From assembly GCF_009914755.1 (NCBI RefSeq), contig NC_060926.1: a stretch of 64,000 nucleotides of DNA; one strand, 5' to 3'. Each line of letters starts with the position of its first letter. The first letter of the stretch is position 1. The notes under the pieces were generated by a model. It searched no databases. It was given only the letters and a program-made list of their open reading frames with translations, and was not told the DNA's origin. The stretch comes from the human T2T-CHM13v2.0 reference genome, Homo sapiens. The position numbers were made by a program, and so were the translations under genes. Below, in pieces: positions 21,370-64,000 of this stretch.

Positions 21370-21610
21370 TAATATGTTGCAGTTAAGAACAACAGGCTTT
21401 GGAGTAAATAAGAAGTAGGTTTGAGTTGGTGACTTTTGCTGTGTGGCCTTGGGCAAGCTATTTAATATACCTAGGCTTCAGTCTTCATCAGTAAAATGAG
21501 ATAATACTACTATCTCACAGGGTTGTAGCAAGAACAAAAGAAGATAATGCATGTAAAACCAGAGTGCTTAGCACATATAATAAAGCTAAATTATCATTAG
21601 CCATTGTTAC
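21370..21610. mobile_element. MIR in the NDUFS1 3'UTR
   Basis: GCTGTGTGGCCTTGGGCAAGCTATTTAA...TCAGTCTTCATCAGTAAAATGAGATAATA...TCACAGGGTTGT matches the MIR core. Confidence 0.8.
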
Positions 21611-22077
21611 TATGATTATTATTAATTATAATTATCCTAGATACATATCTGAGCATGATTATGTATTTTTCCTATTTACCCAGCTTGACAAGGTGCTTAA
21701 ATCTTTTCTTTAGCACTAGAAAAAAGTAGGTTTTAATTGAACCTCTTTTCATTTCATCCATTTTACAGACAAATTATTTATGAAGATAAGCCAACAACTC
21801 ATAATTTAAGGATCTCTTTATGTTCGTCACAAAGGTTATCAATGCTTTTAAGAGCATCTGCATAGTTTTGTTATTTAACCTTTACACACAATACATGTTT
21901 TTCAAACTGCAAAGTTGATAACTAATATCATTTTCAAATAGGCATAGTATAACCTTAAATATTACATGATTCAAATTATTATTATTTTTTTTTACAAAGA
22001 AATAAACCTGTAAAGGATCACTGCACTACAGTTGTCCATTAATTATCTGCGGCAAAACTGGGATCCTAGTAGAAGCT

Positions 22078-51571
<29,494 letters not shown>

Positions 51572-52207
51572 ATTGCTAAAAATAAAACAAAGAATTATAT
51601 TATTGTAGGGAAAAAAACAATCACCAACTGTTTGGTAATGTTTTATGGCTTTAAATTATTTCACATACATTATGTCATTGAACACTCATAGGTTCTGATA
51701 TTTTCACTTAGTCTGTAGATGAGAATTCTCAGTCTCAGAGATACTGACTTGTACAATGTCAAAGAGCTAAGCAGCAGCAGCTATTGTATACATTTGGACT
51801 TTCTAATTCTATGCAGAGAGCAGTTTTGCCATTTAAAAAAAAATGACATAGAAAGGATCAAACTTAAAGCACTACCACACAGTAAAATAAACTGCAAGAC
51901 TAACAGTGAGCTTATCATTAATGGTTATGTAAAATAAAGTTGTCTTTTCTGCTTTTATTTCCTACCAATACCCATTCTATCATTTCATGTTCTAAGCATA
52001 GCTGTCTACTAAATGTTCCTGAGATATTCTGAGATAGCTCACCAGCCCAAGCCTTTGAGGTGTCTTGATTGCTATTTTCTGGTACACTTATCTTACAGAT
52101 TTCCAATTATGTGTTTATAAGCCCGTTCTGCCCTCACTGCATTAATTCCTTGAATTTTTCTATCTTCAGTACCTATCCACCAGGCTGGCACAGAGTAAGC
52201 TCTTAAA

Positions 52208-52408
52208 CAATGGCTCTCAACTGAGGACAATTTTGCTCCCCAGGGAATATTTAGCAATGTCTGAACACACTGTTGTCACAAACAAGGGGAAGTTACTGAC
52301 ATCTAGTGGGTAGAGGACAAGGTGCTGGCTATTCTACAATGTACAGGACAGTCCCCCACAATAAAGATAATTATCCAAAGTGTCAACAGTGCTGAAGTTG
52401 AGACACTG
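52208..52408. mobile_element. MER20 (hAT-Charlie DNA transposon)
   Basis: Terminal inverted repeats CAATGGCTCTCAAC / GTTGAGACACTG, internal CATCTAGTGGGTAGAGG...ACAGGACAGTCCCCCACAA, near-perfect 8-bp TSD CTCTTAAA / CTCTAAAA. Confidence 0.85.
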
Positions 52409-52838
52409 CTCTAAAAGGCTTGCTGAATTACTGAAATAAATGGGTGTCGATTATATAAACACCACGACTTAAAGACACACAAAACAGAAAAGTTACCAAA
52501 ACTTCTTTTTATTTGTTTTTGTTTGTTTGTTTCTGAGATGGAGTCTCGCCCTATCACCCAGACTGGAGTGCACTGGTGCAATCTCGGCTCACTGCAACCT
52601 CCACCGCCCGGATTAAAGCAATTCTCCTGCCTCAGCCTCCTGAAGAGCTGGGATTACAGGCACCCGCCACCACACCCGACTAATTTTTTGTATCTTTAGT
52701 AGAGACAGGGTTTCACCATGTTGGCCAGGCTGGTCTCGAACTCCTGACTTCATGATCCGCCCACCTTGACCTCCCAAAGTGTTGGGGTTAAGGCGTGAGC
52801 CACCGTGCCCGGCCCTTTTTTTTTTTTTTTTTTTTTGA

Positions 52839-53135
<297 letters not shown>

Positions 53136-53836
53136 TGAGTAACCGGGACAGGTGTGTACCACCATGCCAGGCTAATTTTTTGTATTTTTAGTAGAGACGG
53201 GGTTTCATCGTGTTAGCCATGATGGTCTCCATCTCCTGACCTCATGATCCAGTCAGCTCAGCCTCCCAAAGTGCTGGGATTACAGGAGTGAGCCACTGTG
53301 CCCAGCCTATTTATTTATTTTTGAGGCAGGGGTCTTGCTGTCACCCAGTCTCACTCTGTCACCCAGGAGTGCAGTGGCAAGATCTCGGCTCACTGCAACC
53401 TCCACCTCCCAGGTTCAAGCAATTCTCAGCCTCCCGAGTAGTTGGGATTACAGGCGCCCATCAACATGCCCGGCAAATTTTTGTATTTTTAGTAGAGACA
53501 GGGTTTCGCCACGTTGGCCAAGGTGGTCCTGAAGTCCTGATCTCAGGTGATCCACCTGCCTTGGCCTCCCAAAGTGCTGGGATTACAGGTGTGAGCCAAT
53601 ACGCCTGGCCAATTTTTTTATTTTTTAGTAGAGATGGGGTTTCGCCATGTTGGCCAGGCTGGTCTCAAACTCCGGACCTCAGGTGATCCACCTGCCTTGG
53701 CCTCCCAAAGTGCTAGGATTACAGGCGTGAGCCACCACGCCCGGCCAAGTCACCAAAACTTCTAAACTTTTTGAGTTTTTTTTTTTTCCTACTCACTTGA
53801 TCATATAGGCTAAGCACTGAACTTTCCTTCTATTCA

Positions 53837-54260
<424 letters not shown>

Positions 54261-54301
54261 TTAGAGGCCAGCCTGGGCAACACAGCATGATCCCATCTCT
54301 A

Positions 54302-54490
<189 letters not shown>

Positions 54491-56988
54491 TTATGTGATT
54501 AGAACGTATTAAAAAATTTCAACATTAAAGTTTCAATAGTTGCAATAGTATTATTGAATAATAGTACATATACATAGGTTTTAAGCACAAAATTCTGCAT
54601 ACTTATCATAGATGATGTACAACAGGAAATTTCATTCATAAATTTCATTAATTAAGAATATGTGATACTGAAATTGCAAATATCCAATCTGTTTCCTGCT
54701 AGTGAGTAATGTTGGGTAAATGAGTTTCTGGTTCTTTACTTATAGAGCAGGAGGAAAACAATACTTCCTAGACAATGAGCTATTAGTAGGGGCTCAACAA
54801 ATGCCAGTTAAAGCTGAATTCAACTTAGGCAATACTGGCCACTGACAATCAGTATGTGTGTGTGTTTTGAGACAGAGTCTCACTCTGTCACCCAGGTTGT
54901 AGTGCAATGGTGTGATCTTGACTCACTGCAACCTCCGCCTCCCAAGTTCAAGCAATTCTCTTGCCTCCCAAGTAGCTGGGATTACAGGCACCTGTCATCA
55001 CGCCCGGCTAATTTTTGTATTTTCAGTAGAGAAGGGGTTTCGCCATGTTGGCCAGGCTGGTCTCAAACTCCTGACCTCAGTGATCCACCCGCGTCGACCT
55101 CCCAACGTGTTGGGATTACAGACGTGAGTCACCGCGCCTGGCAGACAACCAATTTTAAAGCACTCTTTCTTTGAGCTCTTTTTCTTTAGTACCAGTACAC
55201 ACTGTGTAGATATTTTTGTTTTACTTACTAAACTGTAGGTTAGTAATCAATTTTAGTACCTACCAGACTGTAAGCTCCTTGAGGACAAGGAATTTGGACA
55301 TTTCCCTTTTTTGAAGACCTAGCACAGGACCCTTATGAAAATAACCACCAAACAGTCTTATCACCAAGTTCTAGAACTAGAGTAGCATCTGTCCTATTAA
55401 AAACTACTGATGGCATAAATATAAACCTAAACTTACTCCATTAGAGCACTGACAGATTTGAAATCAACAATCAGTATTTCATACAATTTTAAAACTTTAA
55501 TACTTTTTTATCTCCAATGCAATATAAAAATAGTACTCACTTTGGATAGGAAATCAACTAGAACTAGACTGTTGACATCCAGCAACAAAGCATAGCCCAA
55601 CATAAGAAATACAGATTTGCAACACTTCGATATGTGCTTTGAACATTGATATGCCAAGTAGCAATAGAAATAATTATCTCTTTGGATGGAAAATGTTAAT
55701 GACTAATCATTTCTTAAACTAGACTGGATACTTTTCCATATAGGGACTATGCTATTCCACGTTCTCCAACATGGATCCATCCATTTACTTCTTGCCTTCC
55801 AAGGTACCACCCTATCCCAATCCACCATCACTCCTTGCCTGGAGTATTTCAATAGCTTTTTTTTTTTTTTTTTTGAGACAGAGTCTCGCTCTGTCGCCCA
55901 GGCTGGAGTGCAGCGGAGCGATCTCGGCTCACTGCAAGCCCCGCCACCCGGGTTCACGCCAGCCTCCTGCCTCAGCCTCCCAAGTAGCTGGACTACAGGC
56001 GCCCGCCACCACGCCCAGCTAATTTTTTGTATTTTTAGTAGAGACAGGGTTTCACCGTGTTAGCCAGGATGGTCTCGATCTCCTGGCCTCGTGATCCGCC
56101 CGCCTCGGCCTCCCAAAGTGGTGGGATTACAGGAGTGAGCCACCGCCTCCGGCCTTCAATAGCTTAACAGGTCACCAAGCTTCCACACTATTCCCACACA
56201 GCCTCTCCCCTCTTGCCACCGGCTGTGACCTCAGACTGAAATGCTCTTCCCTGGCCCCTCCTTATCCTTCAAATCTTGGCTTAAAAGCCTTTTCTCAGTT
56301 TCATTGACCAGGCTATCTAACATTTACGATTCCCCCAGCATATCATCCATTTTATTCTTCTTTACGGACTCATTTCTGGCTCGTAGTAAATGTTCAATAA
56401 CGGTTAAGTGAACTGAATCTCTAATTTCTGGTCGTTAATTTGTAGAGACCACTTTCCCGGATTTAAAAAGTGCAGGTGCTCTGGCAGCCTTAAGTCGGTG
56501 AAAACAAGAATATTCCGCAAAACAAAAATAACTTGTTTATTCATCAAAAACAGTTAACGTTACACTTCTATACCGTCAATTCGTGTGTGAACAGAGTTGT
56601 GTCTGATCCAAGACCTTACAGTTCAAGCACTGGATCCCAATAACCTGTAAACAACGTTTTGTTATTTGCAATGCAATCCTGGGCTAACTTTTCAAAAGTC
56701 GTTTTTCTCAATTTCCCGTTAGTTAAAGGAATAAAAAAATGCTGTCCAACGTGGTCAATGGACCAAACAAACAAGGACAACAAACAGAAGCGTGAGCCAT
56801 TGCTAACACAACAGCGACCAAACAATCATGCACTGTATCAGGCGTGTAAAAATCTGGGGGGAAAGGCTTAGTCTTAAGGCCTAAGTCATCGGACACTGGT
56901 CCTCTCCCGGGGAATAAAACGGCCTCCTCCTCTGAGAGGGAAATGTCCTGAATTTTCCCTGCAGAGGGAAGGTCACCTGCAAGCCTAC

Positions 56989-57026
56989 ATTCGTGACAGC
57001 GTTCCCGAGGACCCCCTGATCCTCAT
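56989..57026 (-). CDS. NDUFS1: NDUFS1 alternative first exon coding part (14-aa N-terminal extension)
   Basis: AAG ATG AGG ATC AGG GGG TCC TCG GGA ACG CTG TCA CGA AT|gtaggc, joined to exon 2 C AAT ATG, gives MRIRGSSGTLSRIN-M in frame. Matches my recollection of an annotated longer isoform. Confidence 0.7.
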
Positions 57027-57233
57027 CTTCTTTTCTGCTTCATCAGACCAGAGACCGTGGCTAAAAGCCCCCCATCTGCCGGCTCTCAGGGGCTTCCGAG
57101 GCGGCGGGGCGGGAGGCGGCGCCCAGTCAAGGACAACAGAAGACTACGTCGCGTGGGCCAAAGGAAACAGTCCCGTCAATAAATAAGCCTCTGGCCGACG
57201 CACCTCACCCTTCCCATCCATACAAGACCTCAC

Positions 57234-57340
57234 CTTCTCCCCGGAGCCGCGGAGGCTGTTCTGCTAAACTGTCTGGACCACGACGACCCCCTAGGAGGCC
57301 GGGTCGCTTATTCAATATGGCGGCCTCGGCTAACTCTGTC
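57234..57340 (-). other. NDUFS1: NDUFS1 exon 1 (non-coding 5'UTR); 5' end approximate
   Basis: ...GCGGCTCCGGGGAGAAG|gtgagg donor, in the CpG island. Confidence 0.85.
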
Positions 57341-57484
57341 AGCCGGGCCTGGAGAACGGAAAGCCCGGAGGGACTAGAATCCTTGCATTCGACAAGTTTG
57401 TCGGCAATTTCCGTCAGCCGACCAGAGGGCGGAGCTGAGGTCGGCCCAGCCCGGAGGCGGGAAGGACAACTTGGACCCGCAGTT

Positions 57485-57577
57485 CCGCCGGAAGTGGCCC
57501 CAGCCTCGAGGCCGGGCGTCTTCGGTCATCTCCGGCGCTTCTAGGGCTGGTTCCCGTCATCTTCGGGAGCCGTGGAG
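57485..57577 (+). other. EEF1B2: EEF1B2 upstream non-coding exon (5' end approximate)
   Basis: Donor GAG|GTACGA at 57578. Candidate acceptors at 57805 and 57851. No upstream ATG. Confidence 0.65.
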
Positions 57578-57757
57578 GTACGAACTTAAGACATGCCTAT
57601 TTTATTAATTTACTTCCAAACGCAACGAAAGGTCCATGGACAATTTGTGGGCCATTTAATTCAGGGCCCCCAATTCGTACGTGGAGAAGTGGGAATGCAA
57701 AAGTACTTTGACCTTTAACCTTCGGTCCGGCGCGGTGGAGGGAAACGCCTCCGTCTC

Positions 57758-57805
57758 TATATAAGGAATTTTCCGGTCTCTTCGGGTCCTTTTTCCTCTC
57801 TTCAG
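57758..57805 (+). promoter_or_regulatory. EEF1B2: TATA box plus TCT/5'TOP initiator of EEF1B2
   Basis: TATATAAG at 57758-57765, about 31 nt before CTTTTTCCTCTCTTC (57789-57803). EEF1B2 is a known TOP mRNA. Confidence 0.88.
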
Positions 57806-57872
57806 CGTGGGGCGCCCACAATTTGCGCGCTCTCTTTCTGCTGCTCCCCAGCTCTCGGATACAGCCGACACC

Positions 57873-57952
57873 ATGGGTTTCGGAGACCTGAAAAGCCCTG
57901 CCGGCCTCCAGGTGCTCAACGATTACCTGGCGGACAAGAGCTACATCGAGGG
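57873..57952 (+). CDS. EEF1B2: EEF1B2 coding exon 1
   Basis: Kozak ACCATGG; [27 protein letters not shown]; donor GTGAG. Confidence 0.98.
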
Positions 57953-60777
57953 GTGAGCGGACGGGCTGAGTCGGGGTGGCGGGGAGGTTTCTCCGCCCGG
58001 GGCCGGGGCCACGTGGCGCAGCGTGTCGGCTGCCGCGGGAGGGAGGGAGGCCGGGCCCCGGGGCCCTTTCGAGAGGGAGGGGAAAGCGCCCCGTTGCCGT
58101 CTCCCAAGGCCCTCGTGTGGGGCGAGCCCGGCCTCCGGGGAGCGGTTCACGAGCAAGGAAAGGTTAAAATGTGCTTTATTTACACTTAATTCAGCCAGGT
58201 GTTTCCGCATCGCTGCCCAGTTAATACATGTTAAGCTGTAGATAGAGCAACGCCAGACATTGCAGTATTTGAGGTCTACTTAGTGGCAGACATTTCTCAG
58301 GATAGCGCGGTGACCCAAACATATGGTTTGATTTGAAGGAGCTAATAAGAAAAGAAAAGCATTAAAGCAACCCTGCTGGGGTTAGTGCCCACTAATTAAT
58401 GTGATGCATACGGTATTTATTATTTATTCGCTGGCGTTTGTTTTTCAAAGGTGTGTGTGAATGTTTCTGTGTCCTTGGCAGGTATGTGCCATCACAAGCA
58501 GATGTGGCAGTATTTGAAGCCGTGTCCAGCCCACCGCCTGCCGACTTGTGTCATGCCCTACGTTGGTATAATCACATCAAGTCTTACGAAAAGGAAAAGG
58601 CCAGGTAAAATCATCTTTGTATAGAGCTGAAGAATAAGACTGCTCTCGAAGTTTATCAGGATGTTCACATGACAAAACTGGACCCAGGCTACTTTAGTTT
58701 TGTTGGGATATTGTAAGCTAAATTTTTCTGTAACCTTAGAAGGCCAAGAGACTGAAGCCCTCCATTTTTTCACAGAACAGGTAGAACATGGACAGCAGCA
58801 ATTCAACTTTTCCCCACACTGCCCTGCCAATGTGCCTCGACCTTGACCTGGGGGGCCCACCTCTGGGGTGAGAGGGTGGCTCATTCATTCAGTCCTTGGC
58901 CATTCTTCTGAAACTGCCAACAAGGGTGGAAGTTTGGGGAAGTGGACTCCAGTTCACTAAGAATGGAACTGAGCATACTTAATGAAATCTCAAACAGAAA
59001 TGTTCATACTGAAAGAGTAAATCATAGTGAGTATTGAAAATAATGTCTCACATGGTACTAATGCTTGTCGGGTGAGGAGTTGAACATATGACAGTGTTTA
59101 CCTGGGCGCATGTGAAAGGGTAAATTATGATTGCAAAAGGGATCTAGTGATAAGTAGTGATTAAAACAAGTTATTTTGTATTTTCTGGAAAAGGATGTTA
59201 TACTAGCTCAATAGTGGTTGAATTTAAATGTTTTTCAAGCCTGCCAGGAGTGAAGAAAGCTTTGGGCAAATATGGTCCTGCCGATGTGGAAGACACTACA
59301 GGAAGTGGAGCTACAGATAGTAAAGATGATGATGACATTGACCTCTTTGGATCTGATGATGAGGAGGTATGGCGTCTTCTATAAAGAACATATCGGCCAG
59401 GCGCAGTGGCTCATGCCTGTAATCCCAGCATGTTGGGAGGCTGAGGCGGGTGGATCACGAGGTCAGGAGTTGAAGACCAGCCTGGCCAAGATGGTGAAAC
59501 CCTGTCTGTACTAAAAATACAAAAAAATGTGGCAGGCATCTGTAATCCCAGCTACTCAGGCGGCTAAGGCAGAGAATTGCTTGAACCTAGGAAGCGGAGG
59601 TTGCAGTGAGCCAAGATCGTGCCACTGCATCCAGCCTGGGCGACAGAGCGAGACTCCGTCCCAAAAAAAAAAAAAAAGAATACATCGATCAGCAATTGTA
59701 TCAATGTGGTTAAGCCAAATTGCCTGGATTTGAATCCTGGCTTTAATTTATATGCCTTTTTCAAATTCTGACTGGTTGCATGATGAATAAAATCAAATCA
59801 CCATCTTTCGGCTGAGTTCGTGATGGATTTGCTTTTTTCTGATTAAGCCAGTCTTTTTTGTGATGACCCCACTAGCTTTAAGCAGAGGAACAACCAGCTT
59901 TCTGAAGTGGATTAATTTTTTTTCTTTACAGGAAAGTGAAGAAGCAAAGAGGCTAAGGGAAGAACGTCTTGCACAATATGAATCAAAGAAAGCCAAAAGT
60001 AGGTCATTTGTTTTTAACTTCATTTCATGTTAATGTAAGTAATCTTTTTCAAAGCTTGACCTTGAAGTAATTTCCTCCACATTCCTTGAATAGGTCAATA
60101 TTTTAAAACCTGTACAGGTTCTTCCACAGCTACTGGTCTGCAGCTGTTCTTATGGTAGCAGTTGTGGCATTCCTCTGTGGGAAAGAAACTGTTAACACAA
60201 ACACCTCTTTCTTAGCAAAACAGAAAGTGGGTATATATGTGTGACAGACACAAGATGTATCTGTAGTTTTGTTTGGCTAAGGAGATAGTCTCAAAACAAA
60301 TTGAGATGGATTTGTTTGTGTCTTGGAGTAGGGTGAAAAAAATACAATTCATTATTTGAATAATGCTGTTTATTGTTTTTAGAACCTGCACTTGTTGCCA
60401 AGTCTTCCATCTTACTAGATGTGAAACCTTGGGATGATGAGACAGATATGGCGAAATTAGAGGAGTGCGTCAGAAGCATTCAAGCAGACGGCTTAGTCTG
60501 GGGCTCATGTGAGTTTAGGCTTTGCCTTTTTTTTTTTGAAACTAACATCTGGAATTTGCCTACAGTTTCAACCTTTCCTACAAGACTTTTCTAACTAGGA
60601 TTTTTCTTAATGCTCTTTTTAGCTAAACTAGTTCCAGTGGGATACGGAATTAAGAAACTTCAAATACAGTGTGTAGTTGAAGATGATAAAGTTGGAACAG
60701 ATATGCTGGAGGAGCAGATCACTGCTTTTGAGGACTATGTGCAGTCCATGGATGTGGCTGCTTTCAACAAGATCTAA
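57873..60777 (+). CDS. EEF1B2: Eukaryotic translation elongation factor 1 beta 2, spliced CDS of 225 aa
   Basis: Exons 80+123+127+67+126+155 = 678 nt; [19 protein letters not shown]...[12 protein letters not shown]...[16 protein letters not shown]...MDVAAFNKI*. Confidence 0.99.
58482..58604 (+). CDS. EEF1B2: EEF1B2 coding exon 2
   Basis: [40 protein letters not shown]. Confidence 0.98.
59240..59366 (+). CDS. EEF1B2: EEF1B2 coding exon 3
   Basis: [42 protein letters not shown]. Confidence 0.98.
59395..59677 (+). mobile_element. AluS in an EEF1B2 intron
   Basis: Alu consensus with a degenerate TSD AAAGAACATATCG / AAAGAATACATCG. Confidence 0.9.
59775..59844 (+). ncRNA. SNORD51: Box C/D snoRNA U51
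   Basis: Box C ATGATGA 59780-59786, D' CTGA 59812-59815, C' GTGATGG, D CTGA 59839-59842. External stem GACTGG/CCAGTC. Guide CACCATCTTTCGG is complementary to 28S rRNA CCGAAAGAUGGUG. About 90 nt upstream of the 3' splice site. Confidence 0.93.
59932..59998 (+). CDS. EEF1B2: EEF1B2 coding exon 4
   Basis: [22 protein letters not shown]. Confidence 0.98.
60122..60253 (+). ncRNA. SNORA41: Box H/ACA snoRNA ACA41
   Basis: Hairpin 1 TTCCACAG...CTGTGGGA, H box AAAGAA at 60182-60187, hairpin 2 CTGTTAACAC...GTGTGACAG, ACA three nt from the end. Known EEF1B2-hosted snoRNA. Confidence 0.88.
60383..60508 (+). CDS. EEF1B2: EEF1B2 coding exon 5
   Basis: [41 protein letters not shown]. Confidence 0.98.
60623..60777 (+). 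CDS. EEF1B2: EEF1B2 coding exon 6
   Basis: [50 protein letters not shown]; TAA at 60775-60777. Confidence 0.98.
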
Positions 60778-60802
60778 AATCCATCCTGGATCATGGCATT
60801 TA

Positions 60803-60808
60803 AATAAA
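60803..60808 (+). terminator. EEF1B2: EEF1B2 poly(A) signal AATAAA
   Basis: 25 nt after the stop, followed by T/GT-rich downstream sequence. Confidence 0.9.
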
Positions 60809-60958
60809 AGATTGAAAGATTACCTTTGGCTCTTGAGTATGTTACATAGGAGGGTGGTGTATATATTCCTTTCATTTTGGGGGAAGGAATTAAATGAATA
60901 TGTGATTCCTAAATACCCCAAATTTGGTTTGGCATTGTTGTTAGAAAATTGCAGTGCA

Positions 60959-64000
<3,042 letters not shown>

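Larger units (their letters stand above)
56890..58220. promoter_or_regulatory. CpG island / bidirectional promoter of NDUFS1 and EEF1B2
   Basis: CpG-dense. YY1-type CAATATGGCGGC at 57313-57324, GC box GGGCGG at 57427-57432, ETS/GABP CCGGAAGTG at 57488-57496. Divergent first exons are about 150 bp apart. Confidence 0.9.

Noticed and set aside
57317-57544. 75-aa ORF MAASANSV... in the promoter
   Set aside because: The ATGGCGGC is the YY1 motif in NDUFS1 exon 1 (antisense), upstream of the EEF1B2 start sites. Open frames are common in CpG islands.
59048-59127. Possible extra H/ACA-like hairpin (TCACATG...CATGTGA) in an EEF1B2 intron
   Set aside because: Only a 7-bp closing stem, with no convincing second hairpin or ACA box. 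An Infernal/snoReport search would be needed.

Overview
Primate (almost certainly human) genomic DNA with very high Alu density. It holds a head-to-head gene pair sharing one CpG-island promoter. NDUFS1 (complex I 75-kDa Fe-S subunit, minus strand) has a non-coding exon 1 and 18 coding exons. I assembled these by hand into 2184 nt (727 aa + stop) with GT-AG junctions throughout. EEF1B2 (elongation factor 1-beta, plus strand) has 6 coding exons, 225 aa and a TATA + 5'TOP promoter. It hosts the intronic snoRNAs SNORD51 (C/D) and SNORA41 (H/ACA). A processed GCSH pseudogene with poly(A) and a 12-bp target-site duplication (TSD) sits inside a MaLR LTR downstream of NDUFS1, on the same strand. Most of the rest is Alu, MIR, L1, L2, MaLR/ERVL LTR and DNA-transposon remnants, and nearly all listed ORFs are Alu artefacts. 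I found no convincing novel multi-gene system. The best leads are RNA-level regulatory features: a TOP motif that doubles as a splice acceptor, a candidate EEF1B2 poison exon, an extra C/D box pair next to SNORD51, alternative NDUFS1 first exons, and a possible long NDUFS1 3'UTR containing inverted Alus and the GCSH retrocopy. Repeat subfamily names and repeat boundaries are by eye and approximate.
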